A stretch of 53,830 nucleotides of DNA from an uncultured virus (IMG/VR IMGVR_UViG_3300044858_003318) (Duplodnaviria; Heunggongvirae; Uroviricota; Caudoviricetes): the IMG/VR virus record IMGVR_UViG_3300044858_003318; one strand, written 5' to 3'. Of this stretch, positions 28,186 to 37,037 are shown one piece after another; position 1 is the first letter of the stretch; each line of letters opens with the position of its first letter. Under the pieces are notes generated by a model. That model did no database searches and was not told the origin of the DNA. It worked only from the letters and a program-made list of their open reading frames with translations. The translations under genes and the position numbers were made by a program.

Positions 28186-30417
28186 TTAATATATATATGG
28201 CAAAATTATACGTACAACGTTGTTAAAACCAGATCCTGTAGGAACAAATGTAGTATCTATAGTACCATTTGTATTTAGTCTTGCAATTCGGTTTACTGTT
28301 GAGCCTGAATATGTAGTAAATCCTCCACCTATTAAGATTTTTTGCGTTTCTGGGTCTAATGTTATGTTGGATACTTCTCCATTAGCTCCAGACCCTACAT
28401 TGAATGTTGCATCTATAGTACCATTTGTATTTAGTCTTATAATTCGATTTGTTGATGAACCGGAATATGAAGTAAATGATCCCCCTGCTATAATTTTTCC
28501 ATCGGTTTGGATTGCTAATGAGGTTACTGAGTTATTTCCGAATCCAGTTCCTATATTGAATGTTGTATCTAGAGTACCATTTGTATTTATTCTTACAATT
28601 CGATTTATGTTTGAACCAGAGTATGAAGTCAAGGCCCCACCGGCTATTATACGGTTCGAAGAGTCGATAGCTAATGCATTTACAGTATTGTTAAATCCAG
28701 TTCCTACGTTAAACGTAGCATCTATAGTACCACTTGTATTTAGTCTTACAATTCGATTTATGTTTGAACCAGAATATGAAGTGAAATCACCTCCAGCTAT
28801 TATTTTATTATCTGTTTGTATTGATAAACTACTAAGACCACCACCAAAACCAGTTCCTATACTAAATGTAGTATCTCTAGTTCCATTAGAATTAATTCGA
28901 GTTATTCTGTTCTGTGTTGAACCAGAGTATGAAGTAAATGATCCCCCTGCTATAATTTTTCCATCTGTTTGTAATGTTAATGAATTTACAGTACTGTTAA
29001 AACCATTTCCTATGTTAAAAGAGGCATCTATACTTCCGTTAGGGTTTATTCTAGTTATATAATTTCGAGATGATCCTGAATAATATGTAAAAGTTCCACC
29101 AGTTATAATTTTTCCATCAGTTTGTGCTTTTAGGTCGCGTATATTAAACCAAAACCCATTAGAGGCTATTATACTATTAGAAGTAGTGCTGCCAGTAGTA
29201 TTTAAAAAGGTTAATGAATCTATATTATTCCCTGTGAAATTACCTCCGACAACAATATTATTATTAGGTAGTTGTAATATTATATTTGGACGAGTAGATG
29301 AATTTATCCCATGATTAAAAGAAGTATCTACAGTACCATCAGTGTTTAATCTAATAGTTCTTACAGCTAACGATCCTGAGTATGAGGTAAATTGACCTTG
29401 TATTAATATTTTTCCATCAGATTGGATTCCAATACTATCTACTGTTGGTGTAACACCACCAATTCCAGTTCCTATATTGAATGTTGTATCTAGAGTACCA
29501 TTTGTATTTAGTCTTACAATTCGATTTATGTTTGAACCAGAGTATGAAGTGAAATTACCTACAACTATTACTTTATCATCGGATTGAATTGCTAATGAAT
29601 TTACCTCACTATTAAATCCAGTTCCTATATTGAATGTTGTATCTAGAGTACCATTTGTGTTTAGTCTTACAATTCGGTTTATTGATGAGCCTGAATATGA
29701 AGTGAAATTACCTACAGCTATTACTTTACCGTCGGATTGTGACACCATATAATTTGCTTGGCCATTTAATCCGCTGGTGCCAACATTATAAGTTGTATCT
29801 CTTGTCCCATCAGTATTCAAACGTATTATACGAGTTGCACCGGATGACGAGCCTGAATATGATGTAAATGCTCCAGAGGCTATTATTTTATTATCTGTTT
29901 GTATTGATAAACTACTAAGACTACCGTTGAAACCAGTTCCTATATTAAATGTAGTATCTCTAGTTCCATTAGAATTAATTCGAGTTATTCTGTTCTGTGT
30001 TGAACCAGAATATGAACTTAATGATCCGCCAGCTATTATACGACCCAATGAATCTATACCCAATGTAACTACACCACTATTAAAACCTGTACCTATATTA
30101 AATGTAGTATCTCTAGTTCCGTTTGTATTAATTCGGGTTATATATGGTTGGGATGATCCTGAATAGTTAAGGAATATACCTCCTAGTACTAATTTATCAT
30201 CAGATTGTATGCTATAAGTGTATACAGTGCCATTTAAACCGTCACCTTGATTAAAATTACTAGCCTGGGATCCACTTGAATCTAAAACTCTAAAATATGG
30301 GTTGGTATTAGTAGCATATGTATTAAAATCACCTCCTATATAATAACCATTAACTATTATCCCAGGGGTTGGTAGTACTAAAGATAAAGGTTGAATAAAT
30401 GCAAATGGTGTAAACAT
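28186..30417 (-). CDS. Delta-60-repeat beta-propeller protein (about 14 repeats), probable receptor-binding/adhesin protein
   Basis: Repeats of about 52 aa: IQ.DGKII.GG.FTSYSGS..NRI.RLNTNGT.DTTFNIG. Confidence 0.9.
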   Translation of the reverse strand: MFTPFAFIQPLSLVLPTPGIIVNGYYIGGDFNTYATNTNPYFRVLDSSGSQASNFNQGDGLNGTVYTYSIQSDDKLVLGGIFLNYSGSSQPYITRINTNGTRDTTFNIGTGFNSGVVTLGIDSLGRIIAGGSLSSYSGSTQNRITRINSNGTRDTTFNIGTGFNGSLSSLSIQTDNKIIASGAFTSYSGSSSGATRIIRLNTDGTRDTTYNVGTSGLNGQANYMVSQSDGKVIAVGNFTSYSGSSINRIVRLNTNGTLDTTFNIGTGFNSEVNSLAIQSDDKVIVVGNFTSYSGSNINRIVRLNTNGTLDTTFNIGTGIGGVTPTVDSIGIQSDGKILIQGQFTSYSGSLAVRTIRLNTDGTVDTSFNHGINSSTRPNIILQLPNNNIVVGGNFTGNNIDSLTFLNTTGSTTSNSIIASNGFWFNIRDLKAQTDGKIITGGTFTYYSGSSRNYITRINPNGSIDASFNIGNGFNSTVNSLTLQTDGKIIAGGSFTSYSGSTQNRITRINSNGTRDTTFSIGTGFGGGLSSLSIQTDNKIIAGGDFTSYSGSNINRIVRLNTSGTIDATFNVGTGFNNTVNALAIDSSNRIIAGGALTSYSGSNINRIVRINTNGTLDTTFNIGTGFGNNSVTSLAIQTDGKIIAGGSFTSYSGSSTNRIIRLNTNGTIDATFNVGSGANGEVSNITLDPETQKILIGGGFTTYSGSTVNRIARLNTNGTIDTTFVPTGSGFNNVVRIILPYIY

Positions 30418-30420
30418 AAC

Positions 30421-31233
30421 TTATATCATATTTCTTACAGAACTTAAAAATACTGTTGTTGAATCAAATGTAATCATTGTTACAATATCAATTGCGTTTG
30501 ATATTTGTGAACCAGTATATGCAGAACCACTTGGTTGATCAACGGTAGATGGAAAACTTACTGTACCTGTTCCAGCTGAACCTTGATTTACTCTAATATT
30601 GACTGTTTGTCCTGGTTGTAGGTTAGTTGGGTTAATATGGGTGTTTGCTCCATTTACTAAATTTAAAATAAAGAAGTTACCAAAAGACATATTAAGTGAA
30701 GCAGTATTTGATGAAATGGAAAGTGTGGATACATTTCCACGTAATGAACCAGTTATTACTTGACTTCCTGTTATAGTTAATGAACCAGTTATAAGAGTAT
30801 TACCTGTTGAAGTAATACGCATTCGTTCAATTGATGAATCTGAATTAGAAGGTAAAGTAGTAGAGGGTGAAGTGCTAAATATTATATCATCTGCATAAAA
30901 ATTCGTTCCAGCATTATGATTAAATTCTATTTTTGAAGTAATATTATTACTAGATCCAAGATCATAACCATGACCTATTTTCATAGATACTGGGGCTGAA
31001 TTAGTTCCAATTATATTTGGTTGGGTTGAGGTTGTAGATATATGAAGACTATGAGCTGGGGTAGTTGTTCCAATTCCAACTATTCCACCAAATGAAGCTG
31101 TTGAAGCATTCTGTGTAATTGAACCTGTAATTACTACTTGTTGATTAAGTGGGTTGACAAATGAAGCCGTAGATGCAAATGAAGCACTCTCTGCTGTTAT
31201 TTGAAAACCGTTTATTTTGCTTACGTTACTCAT
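30421..31233 (-). CDS. Tail fibre-like structural protein
   Basis: VGIGTTTP, ERMRITSTGN, ITGS repeats, C-terminal VNQGSAG...DIVT domain. Confidence 0.75.
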   Translation of the reverse strand: MSNVSKINGFQITAESASFASTASFVNPLNQQVVITGSITQNASTASFGGIVGIGTTTPAHSLHISTTSTQPNIIGTNSAPVSMKIGHGYDLGSSNNITSKIEFNHNAGTNFYADDIIFSTSPSTTLPSNSDSSIERMRITSTGNTLITGSLTITGSQVITGSLRGNVSTLSISSNTASLNMSFGNFFILNLVNGANTHINPTNLQPGQTVNIRVNQGSAGTGTVSFPSTVDQPSGSAYTGSQISNAIDIVTMITFDSTTVFLSSVRNMI

Positions 31234-33392
31234 ATCTCATACCAATCGTTAGATGGGTTAAATTTCATTATCCAATAGTCAGGTGTTGTTGCGCTGTTGT
31301 AGTACATATGGCCTACCACTCTCACATATCCTGAGGTTGGTTTAGTTGTAGTAAGGGATGACTGTGATCCGGTTAAATATACAGGCATACCGTAAAAGTT
31401 ACTTCCTCTTACATATGGTACATCTATAATAGCAGATGAGGTTGTTACAGTAACTATTCCATCTATTAAGATACCACCTCTAACGTACCCATTAGTACAA
31501 ATTCCTAAAAGTTTTGTAGTATTATCTGTTGATTGGTCTGCTAGTTTCCATACACCATCTGTATCTAAAAATACAGTATTTGATGCTGTTACTGCCAAAT
31601 CAATATTTGGGCCAACCTCTATAAGTTTACCAGCAAAATTAGAAGCTATACTACCAAACCCGGTTGTGGTTGCAATAAATTCATCTTGAGAAGTTTCATT
31701 TGAAATTTCAATAGTAGGTCGATAATTTACTATATTAAGTCCAGAAGTACCACTCCAGTCTATTGATGGATTACCTCCGGTGTCGTCTGCTCGACGGTTT
31801 TCCCAATTTATAGATGTGTTACCTGACGAATCGAGATTAACTCTGTTTGTCCAATCACTTGATATATTACCGGCAGTATCTAATAAATAACGGTTCTGCC
31901 AATCAATTGATTGAAGTTGGGTTGTATCATATGAAATACGATTTTGCCAATCTACGGAACTAATATTACTATCATCTGTTAATGTACTAGTTGCAGTATC
32001 TAGTTTAACATTAGTTCCATTATTTACAGAAAATGATCCAGTAACTCCTAAGCTTCCAGTTATCTGTGCTGAGCCAGTGTATGGGAATACCGGAGCATAT
32101 GATGCTGATGTTGCGAATGATGCGGTACCTAGTAGTGACCCTGTAAATGAAGTTGCTGACAAACTTCCCGTTAATCCGTATGATCCGGTAAGCTGTCTAC
32201 CACTAATCCAAACGCTTCCAGATTTTACTAATATATCACCAAAGGATGATGTAGTTGTAGTTTCTCTAACATCATGTAACTCCCCAATCTCCCATCCATT
32301 TGATATATGCGTAAATATAGATCCTACGGTATTATGCACCCTAACAATATATCCTAATAGTACTGTATGTTGTGGTGCTTGTGGCTGTGTAGTTGTCCAT
32401 CCACCTGGGGTGGTTGGTGATAACCAAACTGGCGATCCGCCTATTGTACCACTGGTATTTATGTTATTAATAAATCCAAATGTAGTAACATAACCTTCAG
32501 CACCAGATAATATAGATTCTGCAGTAAATCCTAAAGTTGTTGCTGAATATCCATCAGTCGTACCAATCGCTCTGTTAACCGAAGGTCTATTTCCTTGTGA
32601 CCCGGAAACAAAAACTACTTCTCCTTTGTTTAAGGTAGTTCCTGTATTATTAAAAACCAATACAACATTTTCTTGACCTAACTCTACATTAACGTTTCCG
32701 CCCTTTAACATTAAGTCTAACGTGCCGGCGCCATCATCCCAACCTAATTGCCCAACTTGAGTTACTCCACTCGCAGTTGTGTAAAAGTGTATGCTGTTAG
32801 GATTGAAGATAGAACCAGATATGTTAAACGATCCAGTCATAGTAAGTGCTGAGCCGTCAAAGGTTAAAGCCGCTTCTCCGTTTAATTCTGGAGAGGTTCC
32901 GGTGGCTGTAATCAATCTGTTATTGACATTTGTACCACCGTTAAATGTAGCTCCGCCACCAGAACCTGATAGTAGATTTGTTCCAGCACCTCCGGCTGCA
33001 GCTGTTAGGTCAATGTATGCTCCTCTTGCAGCCCCTCCTTGTTCAAAAAATCGAATTTTATTTTGATACACATCAATGGTAACACCACTACCAGTAAGGG
33101 ATGTATTAGTAACCGGTTTGTTTAGCAGTATTTCTCCACCTTCATCTCCCGATTGATAAAGTACACTTAATTTAGAACCATCAAATGTTAGTAATGATTC
33201 AGCATTTAATGTGCCATCTCCGTTAGCAGTTAACACTCGAGTGTCTGCATCATTCGATATAGCAGGTGTTATGTTAGAAGCTGTTAGAGAAAATGAGGCT
33301 GTCCCAAGTAGAGACCCAGTTATACTAGGCGAATATAAAGAATTTAATGCAGCATCCGATCCGGATACTATGACTTTTTTCCATGCTGGCAT
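31230..33392 (-). CDS. Tail fibre/appendage-like structural protein
   Basis: MPAWKKVIVSGS N-terminus shared with 33882..34925; TGS/ASF motifs; S(I/V)DWxNR repeats. Confidence 0.75.
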   Translation of the reverse strand: MPAWKKVIVSGSDAALNSLYSPSITGSLLGTASFSLTASNITPAISNDADTRVLTANGDGTLNAESLLTFDGSKLSVLYQSGDEGGEILLNKPVTNTSLTGSGVTIDVYQNKIRFFEQGGAARGAYIDLTAAAGGAGTNLLSGSGGGATFNGGTNVNNRLITATGTSPELNGEAALTFDGSALTMTGSFNISGSIFNPNSIHFYTTASGVTQVGQLGWDDGAGTLDLMLKGGNVNVELGQENVVLVFNNTGTTLNKGEVVFVSGSQGNRPSVNRAIGTTDGYSATTLGFTAESILSGAEGYVTTFGFINNINTSGTIGGSPVWLSPTTPGGWTTTQPQAPQHTVLLGYIVRVHNTVGSIFTHISNGWEIGELHDVRETTTTSSFGDILVKSGSVWISGRQLTGSYGLTGSLSATSFTGSLLGTASFATSASYAPVFPYTGSAQITGSLGVTGSFSVNNGTNVKLDTATSTLTDDSNISSVDWQNRISYDTTQLQSIDWQNRYLLDTAGNISSDWTNRVNLDSSGNTSINWENRRADDTGGNPSIDWSGTSGLNIVNYRPTIEISNETSQDEFIATTTGFGSIASNFAGKLIEVGPNIDLAVTASNTVFLDTDGVWKLADQSTDNTTKLLGICTNGYVRGGILIDGIVTVTTSSAIIDVPYVRGSNFYGMPVYLTGSQSSLTTTKPTSGYVRVVGHMYYNSATTPDYWIMKFNPSNDWYEI

Positions 33393-33405
33393 ATTATACT
33401 CCTAC

Positions 33406-33467
33406 CATTGTGGTTAGATACATACACTTATGCCGTGTATATGCCTACTTCCTTGCGGCCTACAATG
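33406..33467 (-). ncRNA. Candidate structured 5' leader RNA (three-way junction)
   Basis: P1 CAUUGU(A)GG/CCACAAUG; P2 CC-GCAA-GG; P3 UAGG.AUAUACAC/GUGUAUGU.UCUA; lies between a class B motif and an AGGAG SD. Confidence 0.65.
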
Positions 33468-33484
33468 ATTTATTAATAAATATA

Positions 33485-33670
33485 TTAACGAGGTTTTTTA
33501 CTGGTTTGTTTAGAATCCATTTGTTTAGCAATTTCTGCAATCTCTGATTCTAATTTAACCTGAAGTGATGCAATAGTTTTAGCATCTTTACCAGTAATAG
33601 TGATTACATCTAATGATTGTCGTAAAATACTAATTTCTTGCGGTGTTAAATCTATAGCAAATAAATCCAT
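33485..33670 (-). CDS. Small helical hypothetical protein
   Basis: 61-aa ORF that resembles its upstream neighbour (LT..E...L...L....ITG.....  pattern). Confidence 0.7.
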   Translation of the reverse strand: MDLFAIDLTPQEISILRQSLDVITITGKDAKTIASLQVKLESEIAEIAKQMDSKQTSKKPR

Positions 33671-33672
33671 AA

Positions 33673-33861
33673 CTATTTAGTTTGTTCGGTGTATTGATTT
33701 TGTAATTTGATTACCATATTATAAAACAATTCAACTTGTTCGCCGGTTAATGTGGATGTACGTAACATTGTTAATAAAAATTCTAATTCAGAAGTATTTA
33801 ACTGATTTACGGATTGATTAGCTTGATGTGCCGGTTTATTTATTTTATTTATGATACCCAT
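33673..33861 (-). CDS. Small helical hypothetical protein
   Basis: Start moved to MGIINK (33861) to avoid overlap; class A promoter upstream. Confidence 0.7.
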   Translation of the reverse strand: MGIINKINKPAHQANQSVNQLNTSELEFLLTMLRTSTLTGEQVELFYNMVIKLQNQYTEQTK

Positions 33862-33868
33862 ATAACTT

Positions 33869-33897
33869 ATTATATATAATATTACGCATAAATCCAA
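33869..33897 (-). promoter_or_regulatory. Class A promoter TTGGAT-N17-TATAAT
   Basis: Exact 17-nt spacer; overlaps the end of the upstream gene. Confidence 0.6.
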
Positions 33898-34925
33898 ATA
33901 TCACCTGCCGTAGATGTATACATTGCACCTTGAACTGCAAACTCACCAGTTACTGGTTTAGTAGCACCATGATTTGCTTCAGTAAATAAATATGGTACAA
34001 ATGAACCACTAACTCCTCCAGCAGATGTCGGATCTAATGCATTGGTAGTATCAGTGACACCGGATTGGAATCCCCAACGATCTGTTGCTGCATCAAATCC
34101 ATATGCAATGTTACCAGCAGCATCCGAACCTCTATCGATAATAATACCACCATCACTTGATGCAGCAGATCCGGATGCTAACAAGATAAATTTATCTTCT
34201 ACATATAAATCTTGAACATTAATAAATGTAGTAGTACCATTAACAGTTAAATCTCCAGTTACAACTAAACTATTATTTACTGTAGTTGTACCAGAACCAG
34301 CGCCTAAATTTAATGTTGTTGCTGCACCAAATGCGTTAACAGTAGTAGCATTGGTATTAAATACGGTGGCGGTTGCGGCGGTTGTAGTAATATCGCCGCC
34401 ATTAACTGCTGCATCACCGGTTAATGTCAATCCTACAAATTGTGGCGAATCGCCAGTTTCTAAACCTAAATCGATAGTCGATCCTGCTACACCGTTTGTT
34501 GTAAGTACAGCTTGTCCTTGACCCGGCGATGATAATACAGATGATGACACAATACCAGCTGGTAATTGAGCTGAACCAGACCAGACACCTGATCCGTTAA
34601 GGATTTGTGCTTGTGTTATAGATCCGCCTAATGAAACAGAAGTTCCTGCTATTGTAATAGATGAATTTGTTAAGCTAGCATTTGGGATACTACCGAGAGT
34701 AAATGTGATAGTGTCTGTAGTTGCATTTCCAGTAATATCTAATCCAGCACCAGATGATGATGCAAACGTTAATGTGTCAACGGATGAATCTGCAATTACA
34801 GAAATGCCGTTAATAGACATAGTAGCAAATGTATTTTGTTGTGTTACCGCGGTTAAATATCCAGCATCATTATTAAGTTGTGATATATTACTACCGGATA
34901 CAACTACCTTTTTCCAAACTGCCAT
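33882..34925 (-). CDS. Fibre-like structural protein
   Basis: MAVWKKVVVSGS, ISQLNNDAGYLT, GDLTVNGTTT..VEDKFI motifs typical of phage fibres. Confidence 0.78.
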   Translation of the reverse strand: MAVWKKVVVSGSNISQLNNDAGYLTAVTQQNTFATMSINGISVIADSSVDTLTFASSSGAGLDITGNATTDTITFTLGSIPNASLTNSSITIAGTSVSLGGSITQAQILNGSGVWSGSAQLPAGIVSSSVLSSPGQGQAVLTTNGVAGSTIDLGLETGDSPQFVGLTLTGDAAVNGGDITTTAATATVFNTNATTVNAFGAATTLNLGAGSGTTTVNNSLVVTGDLTVNGTTTFINVQDLYVEDKFILLASGSAASSDGGIIIDRGSDAAGNIAYGFDAATDRWGFQSGVTDTTNALDPTSAGGVSGSFVPYLFTEANHGATKPVTGEFAVQGAMYTSTAGDIWIYA

Positions 34926-34976
34926 TTTATTCCTTTACTATATTTTTTATAATAAATATGTTAAAACTTAAATTAA

Positions 34977-35291
34977 CTAATCCAATCCTACAAAAAACGA
35001 ACCTGATGTAAAATATATTCCGCCATTCGGTGCTGGATTTGATAATTCTGCTGATTGTGTTGCTACTACAATAACTCGATCAGATTGTATTTTAAACAAA
35101 TCAATGCTAGCAGATTTAACTAAAAATAAATCATTAACTGTGTTAACTTGAGCTATAACGCTACCACTAATAATTCTAAATGATTCACCGCCTCCACCGT
35201 TTGCGACGTAAGATGCTGTTAATGCAAAACTAGAAGATATATCATAAAGAGATCCGGTACGTAATTGTCCTGGTTTAAACTGCCTTGCCAT
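34977..35291 (-). CDS. Small structural protein (SGS/TAS-rich)
   Basis: Start MARQFK at 35291 overlaps the upstream stop (TAATG). Confidence 0.7.
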   Translation of the reverse strand: MARQFKPGQLRTGSLYDISSSFALTASYVANGGGGESFRIISGSVIAQVNTVNDLFLVKSASIDLFKIQSDRVIVVATQSAELSNPAPNGGIYFTSGSFFVGLD

Positions 35292-36511
35292 TATTGCCAT
35301 CTCCCATTAATAACAACGCTATCTAATGTATCAATAGTATAACCTAAGCCTATAGTATCAAAAACAATAGTTTGTGTTGATGATAATGATGGTGTCCATG
35401 TATAAAGAGCTTTATCGATATATTGGCCGTTTATATAAACATTAAATTCATTTTTAGTTGCAGCAACTGTTGTTACTGAATTATATGCAGCTGAAGCTGT
35501 TACAGTTACAGTGTTATTTGAAACATATACTGCTGTTTTATCGGATAAATTAGTCAAGTATGCCATTACTTCTGCATTAATTGTAGCAGTAGTACCTCCA
35601 GATACTGAAACCGACCCACCGTTTGCTATATATCCGCGGCTTTGCATTAATGCAGGTGGAACTACTGTTGATGCAAATATATCTTCAGAAACATCGACTA
35701 CTTGATCGAATGAAAGTTTTTTAATAGAAAACATTTTTCGAAGTGTGGATCTACGTGCTTCTTGTTCAGATAGCAATGTACCTAATACAGTTAATGGTAT
35801 AGTAGCTCTAACTAATCGGTCTTCTCCAACAGTGTTAACTGTTTCGAATGATACTGACCCTAATGTTGTTGAAAATTTATTGTTTTCGTTACCCCACGCA
35901 AATCGCCCATATGGCATTATTTGATCGACCAGTGAATTCATTTGTGTGGTAAAATCACACCAAAGTAGCATGTCATATTCAACTGTTACGTATTTAGGAA
36001 TATCTACAACATATACTTTTTCTGATGGCTGTGGGTTATTAATTGGAATTGGAAACAATTCATCTTGATATCTGGAACGTTCATTGTATTTGGTTTTATA
36101 AATCCGTACGTTTTCAGATTGTGGTCTGTTAACATCCAATGATTTAACAGAGTCTCGTTCAACCATAGAGTTACGTTTCAACATGATTACCGGAGATTGT
36201 AACATTCCTTTTTCATCGCGTAAATATCCTAATCGACGCACATTGTCCCATTTTTCACCATTTGAAAAAATTACTGGTACATTGATAGTTTGACTATTAG
36301 CTGTTACTTGAGGCTGTATTTCGTTGTCAATAAACCATTTAATTGCAAAGTCAATATCATAAATATTTCGTTTTGCTGTACGTATTATGTCATCATCTCG
36401 TCGAATTTGTTCTGCCCGATTCAAAAACAAATCATTTCCTAATCCTTCTGTTTGTGTGGGATTGGGTTTATTTGTTTTTCGATCAATATTTTGTCTATTT
36501 AATCTAGGCAT
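35291..36511 (-). CDS. Tail terminator / sheath stabiliser (T4 gp15-like) with C-terminal extension
   Basis: VPVIFSNGEKW, P.IMLKR, IPKYVTVEYD..QMN.LVDQI; follows the neck genes. Confidence 0.7.
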   Translation of the reverse strand: MPRLNRQNIDRKTNKPNPTQTEGLGNDLFLNRAEQIRRDDDIIRTAKRNIYDIDFAIKWFIDNEIQPQVTANSQTINVPVIFSNGEKWDNVRRLGYLRDEKGMLQSPVIMLKRNSMVERDSVKSLDVNRPQSENVRIYKTKYNERSRYQDELFPIPINNPQPSEKVYVVDIPKYVTVEYDMLLWCDFTTQMNSLVDQIMPYGRFAWGNENNKFSTTLGSVSFETVNTVGEDRLVRATIPLTVLGTLLSEQEARRSTLRKMFSIKKLSFDQVVDVSEDIFASTVVPPALMQSRGYIANGGSVSVSGGTTATINAEVMAYLTNLSDKTAVYVSNNTVTVTASAAYNSVTTVAATKNEFNVYINGQYIDKALYTWTPSLSSTQTIVFDTIGLGYTIDTLDSVVINGRWQ

Positions 36512-37029
36512 TAAAATCCTTTATATGCAAAATTGTTATTTCCACCTCTTCTGATATTTGTGATACCTGTTGGTGTTTGTCGTGTTGCATGAGCATCACA
36601 TAGAACAGACACACTATAACCATGTTTATCGCCGTTTGGCCAAGTGTCTGGATTTTTACCCGTAAAATACTGATTAGCATCTACGTTATCAAGTTCATAA
36701 TATTCATTGTCCCAGAATATTATATCACCTACTTCAGGATAAAAATCAGCTCGTTCTAATATATCACGCGTTATTGCAAATTGTGCCGTACGAGTATATG
36801 TATGACCGTAATCATCCATAACAGCATTTTTAGTTTCTTTTGTGATTAAACATGGAATTAAAATTGAATCATAATATGATTTTGATTCAGATTCGCCATA
36901 TACATTTGAATCGCTTCGTTCAACAATTAATTTGAAAAATTCAATTTCAGTGTCTATTATGGAATTTAGTAGTTCTGCATTGATTGATGCTAAAAATTTT
37001 GCGTCCCGCATTCCGCCAAAAAGTGCCAT
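36511..37029 (-). CDS. Neck/head-closure protein (T4 gp14-like)
   Basis: NVYGES, YPEVGDIIFWDNEYYE; position between the gp13- and gp15-like genes. Confidence 0.75.
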   Translation of the reverse strand: MALFGGMRDAKFLASINAELLNSIIDTEIEFFKLIVERSDSNVYGESESKSYYDSILIPCLITKETKNAVMDDYGHTYTRTAQFAITRDILERADFYPEVGDIIFWDNEYYELDNVDANQYFTGKNPDTWPNGDKHGYSVSVLCDAHATRQTPTGITNIRRGGNNNFAYKGF

Positions 37030-37037
37030 ATTTACTC

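Noticed and set aside
28220..29062. 280-aa plus-strand ORF and other long antisense ORFs (32077, 38606, 48589, 50822)
   Set aside because: They mirror the codon bias and repeats of clear minus-strand genes, have no recognisable motifs, and no plus-strand gene is otherwise supported
28186..33392. Diversity-generating retroelement or invertible cassette acting on the fibre genes
   Set aside because: No reverse transcriptase or invertase is in the window, and the repeats are in-frame blades rather than an adenine-specific TR/VR pair
33451..33460. GGCCGCAAGG matches a 16S rRNA helix-27 decamer
   Set aside because: Ten nucleotides built around a common GNRA hairpin; the flanks do not resemble rRNA, so mimicry is unsupported
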